From Lama guanicoe (Eukaryota): a DNA stretch of 64,000 bases. The translations under genes and the position numbers were made by a program. This document shows, piece after piece, positions 37,670 to 50,408 of this stretch. The notes beneath the pieces were generated by a model. The model saw only the letters and a program-made list of their open reading frames with translations. It made no database searches and was not told the origin of the DNA. Numbering within the stretch: the first letter of the stretch is position 1; each line of letters opens with the position of its first letter. Where the stretch lies: assembly GCA_013239625.1 (NCBI GenBank), contig MU054187.1, positions 21,083,280 to 21,147,279 on the forward strand. Reading direction: 5' to 3'.

Positions 37670-38989
37670 GTTGGCGGAGATAACAGAAAGTTTTCTTTTT
37701 CCTTTAATTTGCTATTCCAGTGTTAGTAGTACAAATCCCCCTGTGCTAAAGTCCAGAAGAAAAGATCCCCCTTATTTTTGTTGTTACCTGGTTCTTTCTG
37801 GTCATACTTTTCAGTAACACAGAACCTCTGAAAAACTGAGGTCACATTAACATGTTGCTGTTTTTTTGTATTATATTCACCTCATTTATGTAAGTTCCAC
37901 CAGAATTAATGTGCAATAAGAAATGAATAATGAAAGCTAATCAATAGGAGATACAGAAATGATAAATACAGAGAAGAAATAAATCTTTAAAAATCCCAAT
38001 AGACAGAATCCAAATAAAATTAGGATATAGGAAAGGCCAGTTGATATCCCTTTGTGATACCTGTGTCTGGGTACCACTTTGACTCCAGTTTATGAAATCT
38101 CTCCACAGCCACAAGACTAGCAGGTGGTTGGGACTAAATAATCGGATTAAATGTGGAAATAGGCTGCTGTTAAAGACTGCTAGTGAAATGGAAAAAGAAC
38201 TGATATCCCTTGAATGTAAACTATATGATGAATAACCGGCTGTCATTTGATGCTCAGTTCCTTCTCATCACAGCCCTATGGATTGGACATTATCATCTGC
38301 ATTTTGCAGATAATGAAACAAAGGGTTGGAGAGTTTAAGCCATTTTCCTAAGTTGCCCTTTTGAGTAGCTAGTATTTGGCTGCTGAGCTCTGACTGCAAA
38401 AACCTACGCCTTTTCTACTCTGCAGAGGGATTGTAAACTCTTTCAAAGCAGGAAAATACTTCACTTGAATATAAAGACCACATCCTGGGCCTTCCTGGAG
38501 CTTCTGCTGTTTTTACTGTCATCACTCCTCCAGTGAGTCATTTAACTTACTGTTCTGATTATATGTGTACATGTTCCACCTGGATTGTAGGACCCTATGG
38601 GAAAGGAATTGTGTTTTATTAATTTTTCTATCTCCCACAGACTCCAACTGCAGCAGTATTCCCAATGCATTCCTTTCTTTTACACCTTTTTCAATCATAA
38701 GCATGTAACATAGTTTTGTAAAATGCATCCCTCCACTTAAATCGACTCCAGCTGTGACAATGTTTATAATTTCCTTGTAGCTTGAATTTTCATCAAACTT
38801 CTACTTTTAGAAATGGAAATTTGCAATGAATCAATGAGTCACCACCAAAGTAAGATTCATTCTTTGGCCATAGGACATACAGAGATTGGTGACAAGGTGT
38901 AAGACTGAACATTGACTGCATTTCTAACTTAGGGAAAACATTTCTACCACTTAAGAAGAGATCTGTGAGCATTTGTGAGGGGACTGGGA

Positions 38990-40200
38990 GTTGTTCCTTA
39001 TTGGTGTATAGAAACACAACTAATTTTTGTGTATTGATTTTGTATCCTGAGACTTGATTTAAATAATTTGTTAGTTCTAACAACTTTTTGATGGAGTTTT
39101 TAGTGTCTTTTTTTTATATTTAAGACTATGCTGTATGCAAACAGTGAGCCAGTGCTGGAAGTCCTAGTTCTACAAAATAAATAAATAAGTAAATAAATAG
39201 CATCCAAACGGGAAGGAAAGGAGTAAAAGTGACAAGAGCAGGCATCATGGTTTTGTTTCTGGTCTTAGAAGAGAAGTTTCCAGCTTTTCATCATTAAGTA
39301 TGATGTGAGCTGTGGTCTTGTCGTATGTGGCCTTTATTGTGTTGAAGTGTGTTCCCTCTGTAACCACTTTGGTGAAAATTTTTATCATGAATTGGCATCA
39401 AATTTTGTAAAATGCTCTTTTTACATCTATTGAGATGATCAGATGATTTTTGGCCTTCATTTTGTTAATGCGGCGTATCACATTGATCGTTTTGTGGGTG
39501 TTGAAACTTGCTCACGTTCCTGGAATACATCCCACTTGATCATGGTGTGTGGTCCTTCTAATATTTTGTTGAATTTGGTTTCCTAGCATTTTGTTGAGGA
39601 ATCATTGCTTATGTTCATCAGGGATATTTGCCAATTTTTTTCCCCTTGTAATATCCTTGTCTAGCCTTGGTTATCAGGATAGTTTTGGCCTCTTACAATG
39701 AGTTTGGAAGTGTTCCTTTACCTTCTAATTTTTGGAACAATTTGAGAAGGATTGTTATTAATTCTTCTTTAAAAGTTTGGGAGAATTCATCCATGAAGCC
39801 ATCTAGTCATGGACTTTTCTTTGTTTGGAGGTTTTTGATTATTGATTCAATGTCTTTATTAGTAATCAGTCTGTTTAGAGTTTCTGTTTCTTCATAATTC
39901 AGCCTTGTGAGGTTACATGCTTCAAGGAACTTATCCATTTCTTCTAGGTTGTTCAAATTTTCGGCATATAGTTTTTCATAAATAATCTCTTATGATCCTT
40001 TGTATCTGTTTGGTATCCATTGTAATGCCCCCTCTTTCATTTATAGTTTTATTTCTTTGCATTCTCCCTGTTTTTATCTTGGTCAGTGTAGCTAGAGGTT
40101 TGTATGTTTTGCTTAGCTTAAAATATAGTTCTTTGTTTTATTAATCGTTTCTCCTGTCTTTTTGGTCTCTCTTTCATTCTGCTCTGATCTTTGTTAATTC
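38990..40200 (-). mobile_element. Old L1 ORF2 (RT region) fragment
   Basis: The minus ORF peptide LELTNYLNQVSGYKINTQKLVVFLYTN matches L1 ORF2 LELINEFSKVAGYKINIQKSVAFLYTN; antisense L1 sequence continues to ~40200. Confidence 0.9.
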
Positions 40201-41269
40201 ACGTGGCTCTTGAAAAGACAATTCCTTGTGGATAAACTAAGAACCCATGTTAAGGATTATAGTTCTATATAATAATAATTTTTCCTTTGACTCAGCTCAG
40301 TGAAAGCCACCCTAACTAAAGGTATTTTGCTAGAATTTTCCAAGTTTGTACCATTTTCTAAATGTACAGGACAAACTTTGTAATCCTACACTCCTGCCCT
40401 AAGGCGTGCTTTTCCTTAAAGTGAAATATAAAACCAGCTCTGGGCAGTTCTTGTAATTTTCACTCAATGCTTTTCGTGTCTCGTGGGGTTGGGATCATAC
40501 ATCGTACACCGTGAAGCAAACCTGCGGAGAAATCCTTTTCCTGCTTCTTTCTCTCAGAGTCAGATTCATCCGGGCAGCTCTCCGCAGCCCTGCCAGCTCA
40601 CCTTCCTCCTGTCTCTTCTCCAGAATTCCAGCTCTAGCTCCAGGCCTTTCTCATTCCAGGTTGACTCCGTTCTCCCTCTTAACTTTCCATTTTCTGTGGC
40701 GCGTGGTTCATTCTTGTATAAATCAATTTAGCCTCTCAAGGTGCCTTCTAATTTTTCTCTACATTAAATTCCTAAATCGGTACAAGGGTCCCTGGAGCCA
40801 AGCAGAGCAATGGAACAAGAGAAGAGCCCTCCTTCCTTAGAAGGTGTGGGTAGGGGAAAGCTTGTGTCTATTTATACTTTGTATTTTGTCCTTATCGCAG
40901 TGAGAATTTAAGGTTTCAGTTTACTCTGGGGCAACAGTCTTAGGAAAGCCATCCCAGTAGGCCCTCACAAGGTAGCTTTACTTGGATTAAATTTACCACC
41001 TTCCAGGGAAAAGCCCTCAGCTTTAAAATGGATCTGACTTGTCAGCATCTAAGAGCACTTCTATCCCACATTCATCACAACTCTATGTGACCCATGTGCA
41101 AAATCAGAATAATTAATTTACAGTGGCAAATACTGGTTTTTCAGAGGACGTATCTCTGTTTGATGTGCCTAGTTCATTTCCTCCCTGAGGAAGAGCCAAA
41201 TTTTATACTAGGGAAATTGTTATGTTGAGAATCAGAACAGGGGAAGTTAAAGAGCTCATTCTTCCATTC

Positions 41270-42130
41270 ATTTCACCAGTATCACTTGATCCCTCAGTGT
41301 AAGACAAGGGCTGTGCGGGGAACTAGGACTACAGTGATGAATGTGTCCTGCCAGCTGCCCTCGTGTTGCTTAGTGTTCAGTGAGAGCAAAAAACCCTGCG
41401 TGCTCTGAATATATGGGTTAGAAAGGGCTTTTCCAGGGAAGTGGTATTTTATGCTGACTTCACCTGAAAGTGAATACGAATTAGCGATGAAAAGTGTGTG
41501 GAGTGATGAGGTGGTGGAGACAGTGGGAAAACGAGATTTTCAGGCAAGGAGAATAACGTGGCTAATGTGTAGACTGTGGGATTGATGTTAACGTGCCCAG
41601 CTACAGCTTTGGGACTTTGTTCTGCAGCAAGAGGCTTCTTTTCCTGAAAGGACTAATATGATTAAATTTCTGTCTTAAAATGGTAATTCTGTTATGGGTA
41701 GAGAATATGGTGCAGGGTGAGGGAGACCCAGTAAGGCCAATTAGAAGGTTATAATGGGAAGTGCAGATTGACTATAAAGATCATTTGGCTTAAGATGTTA
41801 GAAGGGGAAAGTGAAAAGTGTAAATAGATCTCCACATATTTTTGAGGGCAGATCAACAGTATTTAGGACTGACTGTGAGGGGAAGTATGCTCAGTGGTAG
41901 AGTGCCTACCAGAAATCGACACATTGTAACTGACTATACTTCAATTAAAAAAAATAAATGTAAATAAATAAACCTAATTGCACCCCCCCCAGTGATTAGA
42001 TGTGGGGGATGGATAGTGATAAAAGTGACTCTAAGGTTATTGGTATTAACAGCTGGGTCAACGGTGGCTTAGGAAAATGGGTGATAACCACATTGGAAGG
42101 TAAGATATTAAGTTCATTTTTGTGCCAGAT
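41270..42130 (-). mobile_element. L2 LINE fragment
   Basis: Purine-rich antisense L2 signatures (ctgccctcgtgttgcttag…ggacttt…gattagatgtgggg…agttcattttt). Confidence 0.55.
41879..41990 (+). mobile_element. Chimeric vic-1 SINE head + L1 3' terminus + SINE tail
   Basis: ggggaagtatgctcagtggtagagtgcct | accagaaatcgacacattgtaactgactatacttcaattaaaa | aaataaataaacctaatt…cccccc. Confidence 0.8.
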
Positions 42131-42139
42131 GCAACTGAT

Positions 42140-42510
42140 TTAGGCTGTCTGAACTCCAAATAACAGTCATTTAAACCATGTAAACTCCTCTACCCCAGCA
42201 TATCAAGAAGATTGGGAGAGTAGTTCCAAAGTGACTCATTGGTTCAGTGGCATTTGCCCTTTTATTCCAAGCTTTTTGCCGCATTGTCACGGGCAGTCAC
42301 GTTCTCCTCGAAGGCACGAGGATGGGAGACTAAAGACTTGACAAGAGAACCTCTCATTCTACCCCCTTTTAGAATACGCAATAAGCAGATGTTTTCCTCC
42401 AAGACCACCAGGGAAAACTTTATGGTTTTCCCTGGCCTTGACCTTCCTTTAACTGCAAGGAATGGTGAGTGTTTGGTAAAAGGGAAAGGGATCATCACCG
42501 TTGGCTTAGA
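42140..42510. mobile_element. Old MaLR LTR fragment (MLT1K/L-like)
   Basis: ccaaataacagt…ttaaac…agttcc…cagtggc…aactgcaagg…aagggaa…tggcttaga. Confidence 0.5.
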
Positions 42511-42511
42511 A

Positions 42512-43050
42512 CAGTGGTTCTCAACCCTGTTAGATACCAAGCCTCCTCTTAGTAATCTGCAGTGAAATGCGTAGACATGTAGTTTACCTATATCCCTCAG
42601 AAGAAAAAATATAATGCTCTATTTGTCATAAAGTAGAAAAATAAAAGGATATGTAAATGTTTAGGAAAGATTCAAAATGCGGCCATTGGATGTTTGCAAC
42701 TGTGTACAGAATAGTGGGGTAAATGACATTTGTAGCAACATACAGAATCACCACAGCACTGCAGTAGTGATCGGACTGAGACCCGTGCTATGTTGCTGTC
42801 ACAAACAGATCGAGTGGTGGTGCTGTCAACCTTTTCTAAAATGTCGAACAACTCTTGGTAACACTGTGAATAAAACAAACTGTAACGACAGGCCAGTTGC
42901 AATCCCGGAGGCACACTGGAGGGTGGGCGGAAGGCAGAACAGTTCTTCCATGTGCACTGCTGTCCCTCATATCCCTCCTCGGGGAGAAGACACTCCGAAG
43001 ACCCCACCAACTGATGCCACTAGTGCCTCTGCTCATTGTGAGAAGCAAAT
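42512..43050. mobile_element. hAT-Charlie-like DNA transposon fossil
   Basis: Starts with the Charlie-type TIR CAGTGGTTCTCAACC; degenerate right end (…tgtgagaagc). Confidence 0.55.
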
Positions 43051-43528
43051 TTCCAGGAGGAAAACTAGAACTGACACACTGTAGATCAGAGTAGAAATAT
43101 AAGATCAACTGAAGGCAAAGACAGATTGATTTCCCTGATTTTCAGTGGCATCTCATACGTTTCCACATACTGCCAATAGCTATTATAGACATTCACTGGG
43201 AAGTTAAATTAAAGGCTACCCTCCACTAATTCTCATTATGTGTCTACCCCTACGGAGTCTGATTAATTCTGTCCAAGATAACATTAATTGTACGGGTAAG
43301 GTTTCCTTGGGAAATCCTGCTCAGGATCTTAGGCACTGGGGAAGTGTATCTTCTGAAAACAACTTTTAATCCATTTTCTCAAGACTTTGAGTGAAATACC
43401 TAACTTACATGTTTGGATCTCTAGAAAAACAATTTTTTTTTATCATTTTAGGATTTTTTAAAAAAATTATTGGCTTGAATAGTTTACCATCCTATACTGA
43501 ACTAGCCAGACTTCAACTTCTAATTTAT

Positions 43529-43557
43529 TATTATTCATTATAGTCTAACTTGCTATA

Positions 43558-43598
<41 letters not shown>

Positions 43599-43815
43599 TA
43601 TATATATATATATATTTTGCTGATGGCTGTTTGCCCATTAGAAATCAAAGTTAAAAGCAATTAATCTTGAAAATGGTCACCTGAGAAACAAAAAGAGATT
43701 TAATGACTATATTAATGGTTACTTTCAGTTATGTTTTAATGCTTGACTTTTTTTCTTCTGCTATATGAAGGAAATAAGAATTTTTCTATTATTCATTATA
43801 GTCTAACTTGCTATA

Positions 43816-43848
<33 letters not shown>

Positions 43849-44036
43849 TATATATATATATATATTTTGCTGATGGCTGTTTGCCCATTAGAAATCAAAG
43901 TTAAAAGCAATTAATCTTGAAAATGGTCACCTGAGAAACAAAAAGAGATTTAATGACTATATTAATGGTTACTTTCAGTTATGTTTTAATGCTTGACTTT
44001 TTTTCTTCTGCTATATGAAGGAAATAAGAATTTTTC
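43529..44036. repeat. Two-copy tandem duplication (258 + 250 bp) containing a (GT)n(AT)n microsatellite
   Basis: 43529-43786 and 43787-44036 appear identical apart from microsatellite length. Confidence 0.95.
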
Positions 44037-46330
44037 TTTGCGATCTGGTTCTCCGTCTGCATGGACAGCCTCGTAAGAGAAGGGAAAATAATTTTAAAAA
44101 ATGCATTAGTATTCTCAGGGCCATTCAAATTGCATTTTGCATTTAAGGTAAGTTAGAATTATTTCACCAATCAAACAATTTCAAGTAGCAAACAGATGTT
44201 GAAGAATGAATTAAATAAGAGAGAGTCATATTGTGTTAGTTGTTTTTTACTTTGAATTTTTTAGTGAAGTCATTGGTCTTAAACTTTCTCAATCCCATTT
44301 AAAATATTTAGGTAAGAAATACTCATTTTATTAATTTATCAAACAAAAGTGAAATATTTGGGGAATAGGACTTTAGAGTGGAATTTGGAGAATCCCTCAG
44401 AATCACAGCTTTTAGGCAGGAAGACAACATTTTGTGTGTGTGTGTGAGAGGGAGTGTGTGTGTGAATGTGTGATAATAAAGACGGTGCCTCCAGGAATAT
44501 GTGAAGTTATGTATCTTACTGCTATGAAGTTTGAGATCAGGGAACTATAAAGTAGGACTGATTAGCAAAAGATTAGAGATCAGTGGATGAAGGATTAGCA
44601 AATGATGAGCATGGTGCTTAGCAGATGCTTGAAGGAATTGATGGTTATGTGACAGCAAGAATACTGATAGAGCGTTGTGAGCTGAGAAAATGTGGAGAAA
44701 ATCAGGCCACCCGGAACTGGCCATGGAGGAAGGGTGGCTTTGCTGCACTGGCGAAACTGTGTTAATGAGGAACTGTAAAATGCTTAGAAATATGAATGTT
44801 GAGAGAATAGGAGATGGTTGACTAAATGAGGTAGGTTCAGATGACAAAAATGTAAAAGTCTTCCAGAGATGCTTTGAGTAAGAAATGGTGCTACAAGAGC
44901 TATGTATGAAATAGATTTGTGATCTCTTATTGGATAAGGGCAAGGTTGGAGGGACCTGGAACAGATAGAAAATTGTTGAAGTAATTCAGTCATGAGATGA
45001 CCAAGAACTAGGTGATCAAACTGCTGGCCAAGAAAAAGAAAAGATGCTAGAAAGAGACCTTGGTAATGAAAATATATGCATGAATTTCTGTTTCTCTCTC
45101 TATCTATAGGTAGATAGATATATGAATATATATCCATATACTTCTTAACCAAGTTAATTGATTTTATTAAATATAAATTGAAGGAAATATTATTTCTTCC
45201 CATTATTTCACAGTATATAATGGTGATTTTATTTCCTTGGGGAAGGGGGTGGGGTTGAGGGACTCTGAATTACAAGGTTAAAAGTCCTTAAATTATTTTG
45301 AGACATGGTTTTGTAAGTGCAAACAAACCCAGACAAAAATCTCCATAATTTAATGCTGTTATCTTGTACATTTCTACAGAATCAGCATAAACCACATTTG
45401 TTAAATTAACCATCTACCCTTGTGAAGTGAATAGAATGAAGGATTGAATTAGCCACTGGGTTAGTAATGAAATCCTTGTAGATTCAAAGACAAATTTATT
45501 GTCGTAAAGTAAGAAAACTTTTATTTGCTTACAACATACATATTTTATATATGGATTTAATACATAAAAGTTTAATGTTCTTCACTATCTTCAGGAATCG
45601 TTTCTTTTATTTTAGTTTAAAATAGAAGCATTTTTATTGATAGCTAGTATTCATATCTGTGTACATTTTCGTATTTTGTCTAAGCACTTTGAAATTCTAA
45701 TTTTACTAGAATAATTACATAATAAAATAAAAACCAGACTTTCCCAGTTTGTGTATAAACAGATACTTCTAGAATCTGAAGTCACTCCTGCAGTAACAAG
45801 ATATGCTCTGAGATGAAAAAAATCAATTCACTTTTCCAAAATTTAATGATTTCTAAATAAAATTTCTAGTGTACAATTTTATAGATGTACTTACTGGACA
45901 TGACCTGTGTAGTCCAGTAGCCATTAGCCACATATGGGTTAATTAAAATTAAATACAGTTAAAAAGAGTGTGTGTTCATCTCTTGCTGTGGAGCACAGGG
46001 GTTTTATTTGAATAGTCTTTGATCTTTTTAGAGTTTACTTGTTGTAGCTAATGCTAGAATTTGGGAACCCCATACTCTTGTCCAGTATTATGAAATATTT
46101 TCTGAGACCCTCCCAGATAAGCACTTGTGCTGGATGAGAAACATGAACATTTTGTATTAATCCAATGATCATAAGACATTGTATTACCATAAAAACTACT
46201 TACCTGTAAAAACATTGAAATATTCAGGAACATTCTAGTGAGACCCTGAAATGTTCAAGAAAGTTTTAATGAGTTATTCATTACAGTGTGGATTGAAGAC
46301 CAATAAATAAGACAATACAAAAAGCATCTA

Positions 46331-46400
46331 TTTTTTTATTGAAGTGTAGTTGATTTACAATATTGTGTTAGCTTCAGGTGTATGGCAAAGTGATTTATTT
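46331..46400 (-). mobile_element. Short L1 3' tail
   Basis: ttttttttattgaagtgtagttgatttacaatattgtgttagcttcaggtgta. Confidence 0.8.
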
Positions 46401-46489
46401 AAATATTTTTATAGATATGTACGTATTTTTAGGAAGCATTCATTCTTAATCTTGACTACAAGTCATACGAGAGGAAGCAGAGGACACAA

Positions 46490-46725
46490 AGATCCTACAG
46501 AATAAGAGATTTTAGTTAGATATAAAGAAATGTTTCCTGGCGTGGAAAGTAATTGCACATTGGAGGGATTTATTGAATGGGGTTATGGGATTTTTGGAAA
46601 TCTTTAAAAATAGAATACATTTCGATCTCTCTAGGGAGGGATGTGAGATGCCGGCAGGCATTGAGTGTGGGGATGAATTGCATTCACTGCCGTGGTTTTT
46701 TCACACCAACAACTCTATGAATCTG
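46490..46725 (+). mobile_element. L3/CR1 LINE 3' fragment
   Basis: gattttagttagatataaagaaa…tggaaatctttaaaaatagaa…caactctatga resembles the CR1/L3 3' end. Confidence 0.5.
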
Positions 46726-47911
46726 TAGAGGACAGTAAAACCGGGTAATTCTCACTGTGTTCTTCAGGGAGTCAGGTTTCCAGACTGTTTTTTCTAACCA
46801 TGAATCAGTGCCAAAATATTACCTTACATTCAACAACTTTTCAAATCCAAGAAGGGAAAAAGGAAACCCTGAAAAATACAGAAGGCTAGTGTCTTGCCAT
46901 TTTAAGAAGCAGTGTTTCTTGAAGTGGGTTGGCAGTTCCTCTCCTCCAGTCAGAAGGAAATGATTTGGGTCTTAGAGGAAGCAATACTATTGGAAAATCC
47001 CGAATTCCTGTTACATCACTGAGTCGAAGAAAGATTGTATTCACTGTGATATGAGAATAATATGAAATAATGACTTGTGCCTTTAAGCTGAGTGATAGAC
47101 ATGAGAAGCCCCGTTTCTCACATTATGTGAAACATCCCATCAGACTTAGCCAGGTTTGGTGTTCCAGCCACCTGGACTTTGTTTCAGCACCGCAATATTC
47201 ACGCCTGTGCCCGGGCTGGAAATGAGGCAGTGGGCATCCAAATAGGAGCCACAGAGTACCAGGAAGTTGAGAAGTGGTCCAAGTACACCTGCTCGGAAGG
47301 CACTGGGAGAAACTGGACAGACAGGAAACTGGAACAGTAGAAATGAGCTCGCTGCTTTGGAGGATGGCGTGGCTGCTTCAGGGATGCAGTGAATCCGGTC
47401 ATGTATCCGGCACATCAAAGAAGAAATCCAAAGCCATGACTCACCTGAAAAGCCAGTGACTGTTTTTTTTTTTTTTTAATCTATTGATGTAATTCTTAGC
47501 CCGATTTAAAAGGGAAAGCAGAAACAGGTCAGGCTGAGTCATACTCCCAAGGCAGAATTTGAGAGAAGCAGGAATCAAAGGCTGGAGACAGATGGCACTA
47601 AATATGCAGCAAACTGAGTTTGAGCATGGCTGACAAAAAAAAAAGTAAAATAAGAACTGACCCTGGGAAGGCAAACACTCTCAAGAGAGATGGGTGGGTG
47701 AGGATGTCAAGAGAAACTGTGTGAGGCTTTGCCAGAGAGAATGTCCTTTTGATGGGCAGCCTGATGGAGAGAACAGGTCCTTGCTTTGGGGTGAGACAAA
47801 CCCAGGTTTATTCTCACCCACTGGCTGTGTGATTCTGAGCAAGATCCTTCATCTCTGTTTCCTCATTTGTAAAATCCCAAGAATAATTCTTATCTTCCAG
47901 TGATTGTATTT

Positions 47912-48085
47912 TTTGTAATTAAAAATTATTTTATCTCTTTGTTTATTATTATTTAATTATTTTAATTTGGCTGGAAGGAGGGTTGATTAGGCTTATTTAT
48001 TTTTAGAGGAGGTACAGGGGACTGAACCCAGGACCTTGCCCATGCTGGCATGCGCTCTGCCACCTGAGCGCTCCCTCCCACCCAG
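47912..48085 (-). mobile_element. vic-1-type SINE inserted in a MIR
   Basis: ggaggtacaggggactgaacccaggacc…catgcgctctgccacctgagc; 12-bp TSD GTGATTGTATTT (47900-47911, 48086-48097); MIR core immediately upstream (ctgtgtgatt…ctctgtttcctcatttgtaaaat). Confidence 0.9.
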
Positions 48086-48699
48086 GTGATTGTATTTAAA
48101 ATCAAGCAATGACCATGCTCCATAAAGCAGTAGAGAACCAATGAACGTTATGATGTTGAAGTTTCAGTGCAGGGAATGTGCTGTCAGCATTCATTCATTC
48201 CCTGCTTCGTTCCTTCATTCCTTCAGTAAATAATTCTTGTATAGGCACAGAAGGCCAGAGAATGCTGGAGGCAGAGGATACAACCAGGAAATAGTTAAAC
48301 TTTCTTTAGAATGGGAATCACTGGTAGCAAAGTATCAGCATGGTATTAGCGATGGAGAGGAAGGCACCAAGGTTTAAGTGAGGTGCAGAGAGGAAATGCA
48401 TGGCTTGGATATTTGTTCTTATTGGGATCATAATGGTTTCAGACATCTCAACATTTCACGTGTCCCTCATTATTCCTTCTAGAGGGATTTCTTTCTCTCT
48501 GGGTAGTAGCACTCTGGCCAGTCTCATTGGAATTGAGGCACTACTAAAGCCTTTTATAATCTATATGAAATGCACATATGTGTGTATCTAACATAAATTA
48601 TATCAGATTCTGAGCAGGAGAGCAGAATCACCATGAGGGGTTTAGACTAATGGATTTACTCATTATTGAGATTAAACATTTCAGAATTGCAAGAAATAT

Positions 48700-49315
48700 C
48701 GGGGAAATAAAGATCTGGAATGGGGGATCAGAACAAAAACATTTAATTAATGGTGAAGAGTATCTGTGGAAGTTCTGTGGGAAGCTGCGACCTACGCTTG
48801 GGGTGACAGGCATGAAATCATCGCAAGTCAGCTAACCGGGCAGCTGGATGGAAAGCAGGCATAAAGCAAGGACAGGCTGGGACCCGTGGGGACAAACTCG
48901 AATGCACAAGGACAGATTGCAACCTACTAGGACAACCTGGAAGCCACACCTGTCTGTCACTGCATCTAAACTCAGCGCGGTTGGTTATCTGCTGAAGAAG
49001 CTGGTGGCCTTCCCCAGGGACCTGCAGGCGCACCTCGCGCAGGACACCAAGGAACTGGGAGAGGGTGAGGGGAAGGCTGAGTCTGGGCGAGCTACCTGTA
49101 ATGTGAACCATCAGATCAGCAATAAAGTGAGCTGCTCCTGGGACCCTGCCCCGACCTCGTGAGGATAATGAGTGATGCTTTATCACTGCTTTCCAAATAT
49201 CGTGCATATACCTGTACGACCAGCCTAACCCAGTCCCACATGGGAGAGGAAACTCTGGGAGATTCAGTTTTCAGCCTTGCTAGCTTGGCACAGTGCCAAA
49301 CCACCCTTGAGAGAG
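48700..49315. mobile_element. Probable ancient LTR (family not determined)
   Basis: GC-richer block with aataaa at ~49121 followed by a U5-like segment; no TSD identified. Confidence 0.3.
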
Positions 49316-49845
49316 GGAAGACCTTGGGTACTATTGCCCTTATAGACCAGCTCTAAGGAATGTGTCTCCATCTAACCCTGTCTGCATCTGTGATTCTCAA
49401 GAGGGGCTGGAGGAGCAGTTGGGAAGCGTAGAAACAGGTGAATAAGAGGAGGCGTCCAAGAATCCCTTGGGGAGCATTTCCTAACTGCTTACCTCTGTTT
49501 CTGTTCCTTCATCTCGCAACGCCCTGAGATTTCAATTACAGATTTTGATTTAGAGGAAGAGAAATCACACTATTGGTGCTGCAAAATCATAGCATAGCAA
49601 TTACTGATACTGATAGCATAGCAATTACTGATGCTCCTTCCATTGGGTATATCAGTGTGGAATCAAGATGAGGACCACTGTTTTATATTCTAATGTAGTG
49701 TTTGTTTTTCCTAATGGATACTTGGCTCCTTAAAGACAGGAAGACAGTCTTGCATACAACTTTTCTTCTGTCCTTCATACTCCCCTGCCATTTATGTTTC
49801 GCTTTGTTACACAGTAACTCTCAACTCTCAAACTCAGGTGCCCTC

Positions 49846-50408
49846 CTATATACGATAGCCAAGACATGGAAACAACCTAAATGTCCATTAATAGATGACT
49901 GGATAAAGAAGCTGTGGTATATTTATACAATGGAATACTACTCAGCCATAAAAAGAATAAATAATGCCATTTGCAGCAACATGTATAGACCTGAAGATCA
50001 TTATTCTAAGTGAAGTAAGCCAGAAAGAGAGAGAAAAATACCATATGGTATCACTCATGTGTGGAATCAAAAAAAGAAAAGAAAAAAGAAGACACTAATG
50101 AACATATCTACAAAACAGAAACAGACTCATAGACATAGTAAACACACTTATGGTTACAGGTGGGGAGAGGGGGTAGGAAGGGATAAATTGGGAGTCTGAG
50201 ATTTGCAAATATTAAGTACTATATATAAAATAGATAAAAACCAAATTTCTTCTATATAGCAAAAGGAACTATATTCAATATCTTATAGTAAACTGTACTG
50301 AAAAATAATTATGAAAACAAATATATGTATGTACATGTATAACTGAAACATTACGCTGTATACCAGAAATTGACACACTGTAACTGACTATATTTCAATT
50401 TAAAAAAA
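49846..50408 (+). mobile_element. Camelid L1 3' end (ORF2 C-terminus + 3'UTR + poly-A)
   Basis: Peptide LYTIAKTWKQPKCPLIDDWIKKLWYIYTMEYYSAIK is the L1 ORF2 C-terminus. Confidence 0.95.

Noticed and set aside
42677..43084. 135-aa Cys-rich ORF and overlapping ORFs
   Set aside because: They lie within a hAT-like transposon fossil, show no recognisable domain and have no splice context
48818..49207. Overlapping 104-129 aa ORFs
   Set aside because: They fall in a GC-richer probable LTR remnant with no protein similarity recognised
49702..50013. 103-aa ORF with a real protein motif
   Set aside because: The motif is the L1 ORF2 C-terminus of a truncated insertion, not a host gene
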